Made by a program: the position numbers and the translations under genes. From NCBI GenBank assembly GCA_965224085.1, contig CBDCYI010000004.1, forward strand, positions 1,312,001 through 1,376,000: DNA of 64,000 nucleotides. The letters run 5' to 3'. The notes under the pieces were generated by a model that was not told where the DNA came from, searched no databases, and saw nothing but the letters and a program-made list of their open reading frames with translations. Source of the DNA: Candidatus Marinacidobacterales bacterium. Its GTDB lineage: Bacteria; Acidobacteriota; Vicinamibacteria; Marinacidobacterales; SMYC01. Positions 1 to 9,843 of the stretch are shown here, piece by piece (position 1 is the first letter of the stretch; each line of letters opens with the position of its first letter).

Positions 1-74
1 CCGGATCGTCGATCGTATATTCGTAGAGGAGCTTGTCGGTCTCGACGCGCGTGAAGCGCTCGACAAGATGCACC
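1..74 (-). pseudogene. Fragment of a conserved hypothetical protein running off the window edge
   Basis: Minus strand reads VHLVERFTRVETDKLLYEYTIDDP, a motif recognised from a widespread hypothetical family. No start is visible upstream. Confidence 0.4.
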
Positions 75-138
75 CCCGGCCACAAAATTGGGCCCGGCCG
101 AGGGTGTTTCGACGAGCAGCTTCGATGCAGGTCCTTGC

Positions 139-590
139 TCAATTGCTCGAGCCTAGCCACGTGACTTGAATCCCGGCCCCCCTGGAACCAACATGGGGAG
201 AACAGCGAAACGATTCTTCGCGGCCTCAACGGTCACGGTGCGGCCGACGAGGATTCCCACCGCGGCACCGAAGACGACATCGCTCAAGTAGTGTTTGTTC
301 TCGCTCAAACGCGAGCAAGCGATGTAACCGGCGAAGGCGTATGCGGGGAACCCGACTTTCTACCCGTAATGCCGTTGCAATACAGTGGCCGTCGCAAAAC
401 TTCCCGAGGAGTGGCCGGAGGGGAAGGATTTGTTGTTCGAGCCGTCCGGTCTCTCGCGCTGTCCCGAATACTTCAGCACTTGAGTGAGTGTCTGCGTCAC
501 GATCTGGGCCCTGACGAGATCCCGCCCGCGCCTTTCGAGGCTCGGCTTCGAGAAGACTTTACCCAATCCGTAAGCCGCGAAGGCGCTTCC
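139..590 (-). pseudogene. PAP2-family phosphatase, disrupted (5' truncated, in-frame TAG, 3' frameshift)
   Basis: All three PAP2 motifs lie in one frame: KYSGQRERP, FPSGH, SRLSENKHYLSD. TAG at 360-362 (HYG*KVG, Trp expected) interrupts them. The C-terminus (RFAVLPMLVPGGAG...) is in another frame. Confidence 0.8.
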
Positions 591-1324
591 AATTGATGAG
601 ATGCGACAGAAAGGGTTGGCGCCCGATCGACCGGCGCTCGGAGAGCCCGCTTTTGGAGCCATAGGACTCCGAGCAGATCGATGATGCCGGACCAGAGTCG
701 ATCTTGGACGCCGTACTTGGACCGTCCGCTTCGTCGAGGTCGATGACGCACTTCAACCGAAGAGACGGCACCTCCTTGCATTTCCACCAATGCGGGCAGG
801 AATCGGTGCATGTGATCGAAACTGGGCAATTTCAGAAGAGTGTCTCGGCGAAAGAGCTTGATACCGCAGCCTATGTCGGGCGCGCCGCTCCCGACGATCG
901 CTCGGTATGCGATATTCGCCAGTTTCGAGGATACCCGTTTGACCCAGGGATCCTTTCGATTCTTACGCCATCCCATTACGATCGCCGGCGTGGGGGACGC
1001 GCGCTTCGCCGCACGGAACAGAACGAGAATGTCGGCGGGATCGTTCTGCCCGTCGCCGTCAAGAGTGACGATCCACTCTCCCCGTGCGGCGCACACGCCG
1101 GTTAGGATCGCCGCGCTTTGCCCCCGGGACCACTCGTGCCTGACCATCCGGACGGGAGGAAAACGAGTCACTACCGACTGCAATATGTCCCCGCTTCCGT
1201 CGACGCTCCCATCGTCCACGCAAACGATCTCGAAGCGGCGGTCAGCCAGGGCTTTGTGCACCGCCACCACGAGTGGCTCGATGTTGTCGCGCTCGTCTCG
1301 GATCGGGACGACGACGGAAATCAC
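497..1324 (-). CDS. Glycosyltransferase family 2 (DPM1/ArnC-like polyprenol-phosphate sugar transferase)
   Basis: ISVVVP, VDDGSVDG, TLDGDGQNDP, DIGCGIKLFRR, HRFLPAL and HRPRRSGRSKYG motifs. The tail overlaps the PAP2 remnant. Confidence 0.9.
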   Translation of the reverse strand: MISVVVPIRDERDNIEPLVVAVHKALADRRFEIVCVDDGSVDGSGDILQSVVTRFPPVRMVRHEWSRGQSAAILTGVCAARGEWIVTLDGDGQNDPADILVLFRAAKRASPTPAIVMGWRKNRKDPWVKRVSSKLANIAYRAIVGSGAPDIGCGIKLFRRDTLLKLPSFDHMHRFLPALVEMQGGAVSSVEVRHRPRRSGRSKYGVQDRLWSGIIDLLGVLWLQKRALRAPVDRAPTLSVASHQLEAPSRLTDWVKSSRSRASKGAGGISSGPRS

Positions 1325-1664
1325 GCTCGAGACTATACTCAGGCTTTCTGACGAATCTCTGAAGCTCCAAGACGTTGTTTCAGCTGTAGCTCCACTCGTT
1401 TCATCTCCTCTCGAGCTCGCGTCGGTCTCTCACCGATTCCTGCTCCCTGTCGGGCACCCAAACCCACGTCAACTCTCCAGAACGAAATAGCGACGCTAAC
1501 TTCACCGCATCCTGTCGATCCGTCTTCATTCGAATATCTCAGATAGGTTTACGGTACCCGCTCATTACAGTTGACAACTCCTCTGCTCCTTACTATCGTC
1601 CCCCGGGCACAGGCAAGATTCGGAAAGGGAAGAGGAGCTTGGGCGACCTCGCCTGCGCGAGGCA

Positions 1665-2210
1665 TTGTCGTCACTCCGGTTTCTGACGTTGCTTATCGCA
1701 CAGGCAGTTTTCTACTACATGGCGGCCGCCAGCGTCGTGAGCGCCCTGCTGGCTGTCACCCGCAAGAACCCGGTCCACAGCATGCTCTGGGTGCTGGCGC
1801 TCTTCCTCCACATGGCGGGCATGTTCCTTCTCTTGGACGCTGAGTTCCTGGCGGCCGTGCAGGTCATCGTCTACGCCGGAGCCATCCTGATCTTCTATCT
1901 CTTCGTGGTGATGCTGCTCGACCTGCCAGATGAGGAGGCGCGGCCGCGCTTCGGACAGCACTGGCCGTTCGCCGCTTTTGTAGGGCTCTCCTTCGCAGCA
2001 TGGGCATGGCTCGCCCGTTCGGACATGGACCTCTTTGAGGTCGGCATCGCCGCCGCGGCCGTGGATGGCCCGCCGCCGGGGAGCCTCGAGGACCTCGGCA
2101 TGGAGCTCTTCGGTCCGTTCGCGCTGCCCTTCGAGATGGCCTCGCTGGTGCTCCTGGCGGCCATCGTCGGCGCTATCGTCCTCGCCCGTAGGAGGGGGGC
2201 AAGGGCATGA
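1665..2210 (+). CDS. nuoJ: NADH-quinone oxidoreductase subunit J (start uncertain, 1665-1719)
   Basis: KNPVHS, AEFLAAVQVIVYAGAILIFYLFVVMLL, LPFEMASLVLLAAIVGAIVL. Confidence 0.92.
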   Translation: MSSLRFLTLLIAQAVFYYMAAASVVSALLAVTRKNPVHSMLWVLALFLHMAGMFLLLDAEFLAAVQVIVYAGAILIFYLFVVMLLDLPDEEARPRFGQHWPFAAFVGLSFAAWAWLARSDMDLFEVGIAAAAVDGPPPGSLEDLGMELFGPFALPFEMASLVLLAAIVGAIVLARRRGARA

Positions 2211-2512
2211 TCGTTCCGTTGGGAACGATTCTCGGATTAAGCGCTGTCCTCTTCGGGATCGGTGTGTTCGGCTTCCTGGCCCGGCGCAACATCATCCTGA
2301 TGCTCGTCTCGGCCGAGATCATGCTCAACGCGGTCAACCTCAGCCTCGTCGGCTTTAGCAGGCATCTCGAAGACCCCCGAGGTCAAGTTCTGGCCCTCTT
2401 CGTCATCGCCGTGGCCGCCGCGGAGGCGGCGGTCGGTCTCGGGCTCGTGATCGCCTTGTACCGGAACAAGCCCGGGGTCAGAGTCGGCGACCTGACCGAG
2501 CTCAGATGGTGA
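2207..2512 (+). CDS. nuoK: NADH-quinone oxidoreductase subunit K
   Basis: RRNII, EIMLNAVN, AVAAAEAAVGL; 101 aa; ATGA overlap with nuoJ. Confidence 0.95.
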   Translation: MIVPLGTILGLSAVLFGIGVFGFLARRNIILMLVSAEIMLNAVNLSLVGFSRHLEDPRGQVLALFVIAVAAAEAAVGLGLVIALYRNKPGVRVGDLTELRW

Positions 2513-2521
2513 TGGCTCGAG

Positions 2522-3997
2522 ATGGGTGAGTCTGTGATACCGCTGCTCGCGGTGCTGGCGCCCGCCGTCGGCGCCCTCTTCATCGCCTTCACGGGTGAGC
2601 GTCGCACCAACTTGAGAGAGCTCTGGTCGTTCGCCGCGGGAATCGCGATGCTCGCTCTCGTTGCCAGCATGGTGCCGGAGGTTCTTTTGGGCGGCGGGCC
2701 CGGGATCGTGCTCTTCCGTCTCCTCCCCGGTATCGAGCTCGCGTTTCGCGTGGATGCCTTCGGCCTTCTTTTCGCCATCGGAGCGTCGGTCTGTTGGATT
2801 CTCACCTCGGCCTACTCGATCGGCTACATGCGTACTCTCGAGGAGCACGCGCAGACCCGCTACTTTGCTTGTTTCGCTCTAGCCCTCGCAGCCACTGTCG
2901 GTGTCGCCCTCTCCGCCAACCTCTTCACGCTGTTTCTGTTCTACGAAGGCTTGACGCTGGTCACCTACCCGCTCGTGGGTCATCACGAAGACGCCGAGGC
3001 CAGGGCCGGCGCTCGCAAGTACGTCATTTACCTGCTGGGTGCCGCCAAGGTGTTCCTGCTGGCGGCCATCATCCTGACCTACAACCTCGCTGGGACCCTG
3101 GAGTTTCGCGCCGGCGGCATCCTGCCCGCGGACAAGCTCGCCGAGCACCCCACGCTTTCTCTCGTGATCTTCGCTCTCTTTCTTTTTGGATTCGCAAAAA
3201 ACGCGCTCATGCCGCTGCACAGCTGGCTGCCGGCGGCGATGGTGGCGCCCACTCCGGTGAGCGCGCTCTTGCATGCGGTGGCCGTGGTCAAGACGGGGGT
3301 CTTCTGTACCGTTCGGGTCTTTCTCTTCGTCTTCGGTCCCGACGCCATGCGCGAGATCGGTGCCGATCAAGTCGCCCTGGTGGCCGCCTCGGTGACCATC
3401 CTCGTCGCCTCGCTGCTGGCGCTCAGTCAGGACAATCTGAAAGCGAGGCTGGCCTTCTCCACGGTGAGCCAGCTCTCCTACATCGTCCTCGGAGCAACGC
3501 TCTTGAACGCCAGTGGTGTCATGGGCGGCGTCGCGCATATCACCAACCATGCGGTATCCAAAATCACTCTCTTCTTCTGCGCCGGCTCGATCTACGTCTC
3601 TACCCGCAAGACCGAGATTAGCCAGCTCTCCGGCCTGGCCACGCGCATGCCGTGGACTGTGGCGGCGTTCTCGCTGGCCTCACTGAGCATCGTAGGGATT
3701 CCGCTCACCAGCGGCTTCGTCTCCAAATGGTACCTCGTCCTCGGCGCGGTGGAGCTCGAAAGCCTCGTCGTACTGGGCGTGCTTCTTGGGAGCTCGCTCC
3801 TCAGCGCGGCCTACCTGGGTCCGATCGTCTTCAAGGCCTATTTCGAGCCGGAGCCCCCGAAGAAAAACGACGGCGACGAAATCCGCGAGGTTCCCTGGAT
3901 GGTGGTGCCCCTTTTGATCACTGCCGCCTTTAGCCTGCTCCTGGGCCTCTTTCCCGGACCGGTGCTCGAGTTGGCCGGAAGAGCGATGCTGCCATGA
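2522..3997 (+). CDS. Antiporter-like subunit, MrpD/NuoM-type (extra pumping subunit)
   Basis: Proton_antipo_M features: FLFYE, KNALMPLHSWLPAAMVAPTPVSALLHAV, LKARLAFSTVSQ, GFVSKW. No NuoL-type C-terminal helix. Confidence 0.88.
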   Translation: MGESVIPLLAVLAPAVGALFIAFTGERRTNLRELWSFAAGIAMLALVASMVPEVLLGGGPGIVLFRLLPGIELAFRVDAFGLLFAIGASVCWILTSAYSIGYMRTLEEHAQTRYFACFALALAATVGVALSANLFTLFLFYEGLTLVTYPLVGHHEDAEARAGARKYVIYLLGAAKVFLLAAIILTYNLAGTLEFRAGGILPADKLAEHPTLSLVIFALFLFGFAKNALMPLHSWLPAAMVAPTPVSALLHAVAVVKTGVFCTVRVFLFVFGPDAMREIGADQVALVAASVTILVASLLALSQDNLKARLAFSTVSQLSYIVLGATLLNASGVMGGVAHITNHAVSKITLFFCAGSIYVSTRKTEISQLSGLATRMPWTVAAFSLASLSIVGIPLTSGFVSKWYLVLGAVELESLVVLGVLLGSSLLSAAYLGPIVFKAYFEPEPPKKNDGDEIREVPWMVVPLLITAAFSLLLGLFPGPVLELAGRAMLP

Positions 3998-4257
3998 GCT
4001 TCCTTACGAAACAGCTGGAAGATCCGGTCCGCTTCAAGCGGGTCAAGCTCTGGTTCTACGTCGGCCTGGTCGTGGTCGTTGCGACCGAGATCGTTCTGCC
4101 GCTTGTGTTCCACGGAGGCGACCACCACTTCTCGTTCGAGAGCTGGCCTGCCTGGGGCTCTCTCTATGGGTTGATCTCTTGCGTAGCGATCATCGTGGTG
4201 TCCAAGCTCATCGGAAAAGTGTGGCTGACGCGCCCCGAGGACTACTATGACGATTGA
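3994..4257 (+). CDS. Small 2-TM membrane protein coupled between two antiporter-like subunits
   Basis: 87 aa, two hydrophobic segments, C-terminal RPEDYYDD; overlaps both neighbours. Confidence 0.75.
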   Translation: MSFLTKQLEDPVRFKRVKLWFYVGLVVVVATEIVLPLVFHGGDHHFSFESWPAWGSLYGLISCVAIIVVSKLIGKVWLTRPEDYYDD

Positions 4258-6019
4258 GTGGATCCACCCGGGGCTCATCCTCATTCTGGGCGCCTTTGTG
4301 TTGCCGTTGCTCAGCGGCCGGATCAAGCGCGTCGCCATGGTCGTCCTGCCGGCCGCGGCGGTGGTCGATTGCCTTTTTTTAACGACTCCCGGGACCCATG
4401 GCGAAGTCAGCTTCCTCGGCCAGGAAATGGTGTTCGGCCGGGTGGACAGCCTGAGCCTGATCTTCTCCTACGTGTTTTCGATCATGGCCTTGCTCGGGAT
4501 GATCTACGCGCTCCATGTCAAAGAAGATTCTCAGCACGTAGCTTCCTTGGTTTATGCAGGAAGTGCCCTCGGCGTGACGTTTGCCGGCGACTTCCTCTCT
4601 CTCTACATCTTCTGGGAGCTTTTGGCGATCGCTTCGGCGCTCTTGGTTTTGCTGCGCCGCGAACGAAGTGCGCTTCTAGCCGGGTTCCGCTACCTCTTGG
4701 TTCACGTGTTCGGCGGGCTCCTCCTATTGGCGGGAATTGTGCTCCATTGGGCTCAGACCGGCTCGATCGCCTTCGGGGACATGGGAGACTTCTCGGGCAG
4801 CCTCTCTTGGGGCTTGATCCTCGCGGCCTTTCTCCTCAACGCCGCGGTTCCGCCGCTCGGGGCGTGGCTTCCCGACGCCTATCCCGAGGCCACGGTCACC
4901 GGCGCCATCTTCATGACCGCGTTCACGACCAAGTCGGCGGTCTACGTTTTGATTCGCGGCTTCGCGGGCACGGAGCTCTTGGTGTGGCTGGGCGCCATCA
5001 TGGCGATCTACGGCGTGGTGTACGCGGTGCTAGAGAACGACGCTCGCAGACTGCTGGCCTACCACATCATAAGCCAAGTCGGTTACATGGTCTGCGGCGT
5101 AGGCATCGGGACGGCGCTGGCCCTAAACGGTGCCACCGCCCACGCCTTCGCGCACATCCTCTACAAGGCGCTGCTGTTCATGGGCGCCGGCGCCGTTTTG
5201 CAGATGACCGGGTTGCGAAAGCTGAGCGACATGGGTGGGCTCTACAAGACCATGCCGGTCACACTCGGGCTCTACATGATCGGAGGCTTTGCCATCTCGG
5301 CAGTGCCACTCTTCAGCGGCTTCGTGAGCAAGTCGATGGTGGTCTCCGCCGCCGGCGAGGAACACTTGACCGTGATCTTTCTCATGCTCACGCTAGCCTC
5401 CGCGGGAACCTTCCTGCACACCGGCCTCAAGCTTCCCTACTACATGTTCTTCGGCAAGGACTCGGGGCTCAGAGCCAAGGAGCCGCCCGTGAACATGCTC
5501 GTGGCCATGGGACTGGCCGCGGCCGCCTGCATCGTGATCGGAGTTTTTCCTCGACGCGTCCTCTACCCATCCCTTCCGAACGCCGCGGACTACGTTCCGT
5601 ACACACTGCCGCACGTCACGAGCACACTCGGGATGTTGGCCTTCACAGCGCTCGGTTTCTTCCTGCTGCTCAAGCAGCTCGATCCCGAGCGCACGGTAAG
5701 CCTCGACACCGACTGGTTCTACCGCCGTGGTGTGACGCGTCTCATGAACCTGATCCTGGGTCCCGTGGCACGTCTCGAGTACGGTTACATCGGTGAGTAC
5801 TATGAGCTCGTGATCCGGCGGCCCGTTTTGGGCGCAGCGAGTCTGTTCCAAAAATTCGACAGCCGGGTGGTCGATGCGGCGCTCGTGGGTGTGGGGCGCT
5901 CGACGCGGAGCTTGAGCCAGCACCTCAAGACCGTCGAAAGCGGCCATGTCCAACACTACGGACTCATCATGGCCGCCGGAATCCTGGCTCTAGTGGCCTT
6001 GTTGATGCTCGCCCTATGA
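4247..6019 (+). CDS. Antiporter-like subunit in the NuoL position (MrpD-type core with NuoL-like C-terminal amphipathic helix and terminal TM)
   Basis: FWE, WLPDAYPEA, RRLLAYHIISQVG, GFVSKS; C-terminus FDSRVVD...SGHVQHY plus a TM segment, as in NuoL. Confidence 0.88.
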   Translation: MTIEWIHPGLILILGAFVLPLLSGRIKRVAMVVLPAAAVVDCLFLTTPGTHGEVSFLGQEMVFGRVDSLSLIFSYVFSIMALLGMIYALHVKEDSQHVASLVYAGSALGVTFAGDFLSLYIFWELLAIASALLVLLRRERSALLAGFRYLLVHVFGGLLLLAGIVLHWAQTGSIAFGDMGDFSGSLSWGLILAAFLLNAAVPPLGAWLPDAYPEATVTGAIFMTAFTTKSAVYVLIRGFAGTELLVWLGAIMAIYGVVYAVLENDARRLLAYHIISQVGYMVCGVGIGTALALNGATAHAFAHILYKALLFMGAGAVLQMTGLRKLSDMGGLYKTMPVTLGLYMIGGFAISAVPLFSGFVSKSMVVSAAGEEHLTVIFLMLTLASAGTFLHTGLKLPYYMFFGKDSGLRAKEPPVNMLVAMGLAAAACIVIGVFPRRVLYPSLPNAADYVPYTLPHVTSTLGMLAFTALGFFLLLKQLDPERTVSLDTDWFYRRGVTRLMNLILGPVARLEYGYIGEYYELVIRRPVLGAASLFQKFDSRVVDAALVGVGRSTRSLSQHLKTVESGHVQHYGLIMAAGILALVALLMLAL

Positions 6020-7479
6020 CGGCCTACCCCGTACTCACCGTCGCGACTTTCCTCCCAGTGGTGGGTGCTGCTCTTGTGCTTCTCGGCGGCGAGCAGCGCG
6101 CGCGCTTCATTGCGCTGGCCACTGCCTTTATGACTCTGGCAGCCTCGGCCCCCCTCTACCTGAATTTCGACAAGGCCTCGAGCGGTCTACAGTTCGCAGA
6201 GACGCGAGAGTGGATCCCGTCCTGGGGCATCACTTACGGCATGGGCGTGGATGGCATCAGCGTGCTGTTCATCTTCCTCGCTTCAGTCTTGATCGTCTTG
6301 TGCATCGGAGCCTCTTGGATTGCGGTTGGCACCAGAGCGCGGGAGTTCTACGCTGCCTTGCTGGTCGCGGAAACGGCGATGATCGGGCTCTTTGCCGCAT
6401 CCAACCTGTTTCTCTTTTTCATTTTCTGGGAGCTCATCGTCGTTCCCCTCTTTCTGCTGATCGGCATCTGGGGAGGGGAAAAGCGCGTCTACGCCTCCGT
6501 CAAGTTCCTGATCTTCACGCTAACGGGTAGCGTCTTGATGCTGGTGGGCATGATGGCGCTCTACAACCTTTGCGGCACGATGGACTTCAAGGCCCTCACT
6601 CTCGCCCGAGCGAGCCTTGAGCCGCATCATCAGGCCTGGCTCTTTGCAGCTTTTCTAGCTGCCTTCGCCGTCAAAGTGCCCATGTTCCCGGTGCACACTT
6701 GGCTACCGGACGCCCACACCGAAGCGCCCACGGCAGGCAGTGTCATCCTGGCCGGAATCCTCCTCAAGATGGGCGCCTACGGTTTCTTGCGGGTCTCCAT
6801 TCCGATTCTTCCAGACGGCGTCGAGTTCTTTGTAAAACCCATGCTCGCCATCTCCGCAGTAGCCATCGTCTACGGCGCCTACGTGACGTTGGTTCAGAAG
6901 GACATCAAGCGCCTCGTCGCCTATTCCAGCGTCAGCCACATGGGCTTCGTGACTCTCGGCATCTTCACTCTCGACGAGCGAGGAGTCGAGGGCGGGATCC
7001 TCCAGATGATCAATCACGGAATCGTCACCTCGGCGCTCTTTCTGTGCGTTGGCATGATCTACGAACGCACCCACACGAGAGAGATCAAGGACTATGGTGG
7101 CGTTTTTAAGGTCGCGCCGGTCTACGCGGCATTCTTCGCGCTGTTTTGTTTGGCTGCTGCGGGATTCCCGGGTCTGAATTCTTTCGTGGGGGAGTTCCTG
7201 ATCGTCGGTAGCGCCTTCGAGACCCAGGCTTGGCTCGGCGCGATGGCGATCTGGGGCGTAGCCCTGGGGACCACCTACCTGGTCTGGCTCTACTACCGCG
7301 TGGTGATGGGTGAGACCAACGCGGGGTTGCACGGGCTCGAGCTCGAGCTCAACCCACGCGAGGTGGCAACGCTTTTGCCACTGGCCATCCTCACTGTGAC
7401 TCTCGGTCTCTATCCTGAGCTCGTCCTCTCCTATCTTCGTGCTCCCGTGGCCGAGCTCCTAGCCGGAGTCGTGCCATGA
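6016..7479 (+). CDS. nuoM: NADH-quinone oxidoreductase subunit M
   Basis: GVDGIS, FIFWE, AVKVPMFPVHTWLPDAHTEAPTAGSVILAG, LVAYSSVSHMG, FVGEF. Confidence 0.95.
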   Translation: MTAYPVLTVATFLPVVGAALVLLGGEQRARFIALATAFMTLAASAPLYLNFDKASSGLQFAETREWIPSWGITYGMGVDGISVLFIFLASVLIVLCIGASWIAVGTRAREFYAALLVAETAMIGLFAASNLFLFFIFWELIVVPLFLLIGIWGGEKRVYASVKFLIFTLTGSVLMLVGMMALYNLCGTMDFKALTLARASLEPHHQAWLFAAFLAAFAVKVPMFPVHTWLPDAHTEAPTAGSVILAGILLKMGAYGFLRVSIPILPDGVEFFVKPMLAISAVAIVYGAYVTLVQKDIKRLVAYSSVSHMGFVTLGIFTLDERGVEGGILQMINHGIVTSALFLCVGMIYERTHTREIKDYGGVFKVAPVYAAFFALFCLAAAGFPGLNSFVGEFLIVGSAFETQAWLGAMAIWGVALGTTYLVWLYYRVVMGETNAGLHGLELELNPREVATLLPLAILTVTLGLYPELVLSYLRAPVAELLAGVVP

Positions 7480-8915
7480 GAAGTGTCACCGTCTCTGACC
7501 TGGCCCTCGTCATACCGGAGCTGATCCTGATCGGCACGGCGCTAGCGCTCATTCTTTTCGCGCCTCGCATCCGGCAAGGAACCACCGCCGCCGTCGCGAC
7601 GGTTCTAGCAGCGCTCACCGCCGCTCTGGCCTCGGCCGGGGTCCTGCGTTCGGACACCGTAACAGGCTTCGGAGGAATGATCACCCAGGATGGCTATTCC
7701 GTATTCTTCAAGATTCTGATCGCCTCCGCCTTGGCTCTAGCCGCGCTTCTCTCAGTGCGAAGCACCAAGGAAGACGAAGACGAGGACGAGGACGAGGTTC
7801 CGCGCGGCGAGTATCACGCCCTGCTGCTCCTCGCTTCGACAGGAATGATGCTCGCGGTCTCTACCGTGGATCTGCTGACCCTCTACCTGGGCCTGGAGTT
7901 GATGACCATCTGCTCCTACATCCTCGTGGGGATCCACGTGCAGAGACCGACATCGAACGAGGCGGCGATCAAGTACTTCCTCGTGGCTTCCTTCTCCTCG
8001 GCCCTGCTCCTCTTCGGCATCAGCCTGACCTACGGTTTCGCGGGCAGTACCGACTTCGCCGCCGTGGCGTCGGCCTTTGCTGAGCACGGCACGGCGACAA
8101 GCCCGCTTCTCTTGGCGGCCATCTTGCTGGTGCTGGGTGGCCTGGCCTTCAAGATCGCGGCAGCCCCGTTTCACTCCTGGGCGCCGGACGCGTACCAGGG
8201 TGCGAGCGCACCAGTCGCCGCCTTCTTGGCAGCCGGATCCAAGGCGGCGGGCCTTGCAGCTCTGGGACGCGTGACACTGGTCGCGTACGGCTCGGCGGCC
8301 GAGGTCCTGTCGATGCTTCTGGCCGGTCTCGCCGCTCTCTCCATTGTGGTTGGCAGCATCACCTTGTTGGCGCAGACCGACATGAAACGCCTCTTGGCCT
8401 ACTCCTCCATCGCGCATGCAGGCTACGCCATCCTGGGCCTCATCGCCGGCACTCCCGAAGGGGCGTCGGCGACGATGACTTACGCGTTCTTTTATGTGTT
8501 CATGACTCTAGGCGCCTTTGGCATTGTGATCGCCCTTGGCGAGCGGGGAGCTACCCTCGATGGCTATCGGGGCCTGGCCGCACAGCGGCCCGTCGCGGCC
8601 TCGCTCATGCTGCTCTTCCTATTGTCATTGACGGGGTTCCCTCCAACCGCCGGTTTCGTCGCCAAGTTCGTCGTCATCCTGAGCGCCGTGCGCGCCGGGC
8701 ACGTAGCACTCGCGGTGCTGGCCGTGGCCTGCAGTGTGATATCGGCCTTCGTCTACATGCGCGTGGCCGTGTACATGTTCATGAGGGAGTCCGAGGAGCC
8801 CGCACCGTCACGCTGGCCGGTGGCGGTGTCCGCGGCACTCACGGTGGCCGCGCTGGTCACTCTGATCGGCGGCATCTCACCCGCCACTCTCATGTCCTGG
8901 GCGGTGTCGCCATGA
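7476..8915 (+). CDS. nuoN: NADH-quinone oxidoreductase subunit N
   Basis: GLEL, EAAIKYF, FKIAAAPFHSWAPDAYQGA, KRLLAYSSIAHAGY, GFPPTAGFVAK. Confidence 0.95.
   Translation: MRSVTVSDLALVIPELILIGTALALILFAPRIRQGTTAAVATVLAALTAALASAGVLRSDTVTGFGGMITQDGYSVFFKILIASALALAALLSVRSTKEDEDEDEDEVPRGEYHALLLLASTGMMLAVSTVDLLTLYLGLELMTICSYILVGIHVQRPTSNEAAIKYFLVASFSSALLLFGISLTYGFAGSTDFAAVASAFAEHGTATSPLLLAAILLVLGGLAFKIAAAPFHSWAPDAYQGASAPVAAFLAAGSKAAGLAALGRVTLVAYGSAAEVLSMLLAGLAALSIVVGSITLLAQTDMKRLLAYSSIAHAGYAILGLIAGTPEGASATMTYAFFYVFMTLGAFGIVIALGERGATLDGYRGLAAQRPVAASLMLLFLLSLTGFPPTAGFVAKFVVILSAVRAGHVALAVLAVACSVISAFVYMRVAVYMFMRESEEPAPSRWPVAVSAALTVAALVTLIGGISPATLMSWAVSP
7770..7796 (+). repeat. In-frame (GARGAC)n hexamer microsatellite encoding EDEDEDEDE in NuoN
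   Basis: gaagacgaagacgaggacgaggacgag. Confidence 0.7.
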
Positions 8916-8955
8916 ATATCGGCCGTCCTGTATATTGGCATCGAGGCAATCACCA

Positions 8956-9309
8956 GTGACCGAATATATCGGAATCGCAGTGAGCATCGTCATGGCCGCA
9001 GGGATCACGGGGATGTTGGTGCTTCTGGGCTCTACGCTTGGGAAAAAGAATCCGAGCGCCGTCAAGCTGGCGCCGTTCGAGTGCGGCCAACAACCCTTCT
9101 CCCTGCCGATGGGCAGGTTGGTGATCAAGTTCTATCTCGTCGCGATCCTGTTCATCCTGTTCGACGTCGAGCTCGTCTTTCTCTACCCGTGGGCGGTCGT
9201 GTACCGCACGCTCGGGACCTTGGGCCTGGTCGAGATGGGAGTTTTTCTCGGGGTGCTGATGGTGGGCTTTGTCTACGCGTGGGCCAACGGTGCCCTAGAT
9301 TGGAAATGA
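8956..9309 (+). CDS. nuoA: NADH-quinone oxidoreductase subunit A
   Basis: PFECG, FYLVAILFILFDVE, FLYPWA; GTG start at 8956. Confidence 0.95.
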   Translation: MTEYIGIAVSIVMAAGITGMLVLLGSTLGKKNPSAVKLAPFECGQQPFSLPMGRLVIKFYLVAILFILFDVELVFLYPWAVVYRTLGTLGLVEMGVFLGVLMVGFVYAWANGALDWK

Positions 9310-9324
9310 AGACTGGAAGTGAAT

Positions 9325-9843
9325 ATGCCGGAAATGCCGTCTTTTCTCACAAGTCGACTCGATGAAGCCCTGGGCTGGGCTCGGAAGTTCTCGATTTTCC
9401 AATACCCGTTCGTGACGGCTTGCTGCGGGATGGAGTACATGGCAACGGCCTGCTCTCACTACGATGTCGACCGCTTCGGAGCCGGCCTCCCCAGATTCTC
9501 GCCGCGCCAGTCCGACGTTCTCTTCGTGGTCGGTACGATCAGTCACAAGATGGCTCCGGTCTTGGTGCGCATCCATGAGCAGATGGCCGAGCCCAAGTGG
9601 GTGGTCGCCTTCGGCGTCTGCACCTGCACGGGCGGTTTCTACGACAACTACGCGACCGTGATGGGCATCGATACGGTCATGCCGGTGGACGTCTACATAC
9701 CAGGATGCCCGCCGCGGCCGGAGATGGTCCTCGACGGCCTGATGAAGCTCCAGAACAAGATCCAGAACGAGCGCACGAGCGGCAAGCGGCCGACGCCCGA
9801 AGAGCGCCCGGAGGAGCTATTGAAAGGGCGAATCGAGGTATGA
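9325..9843 (+). CDS. nuoB: NADH-quinone oxidoreductase subunit B
   Basis: TACCGME, SPRQSD, GVC, VDVYIPGCPPRPE (cluster N2 ligands). Confidence 0.96.
   Translation: MPEMPSFLTSRLDEALGWARKFSIFQYPFVTACCGMEYMATACSHYDVDRFGAGLPRFSPRQSDVLFVVGTISHKMAPVLVRIHEQMAEPKWVVAFGVCTCTGGFYDNYATVMGIDTVMPVDVYIPGCPPRPEMVLDGLMKLQNKIQNERTSGKRPTPEERPEELLKGRIEV

Noticed and set aside
4258-5796. Long alternative-frame and antisense ORFs (e.g. 4258-5796, 10421-11554, 58810-59985)
   Set aside because: Arg/Pro-rich shadow ORFs typical of high-GC coding DNA, overlapping well-supported genes.
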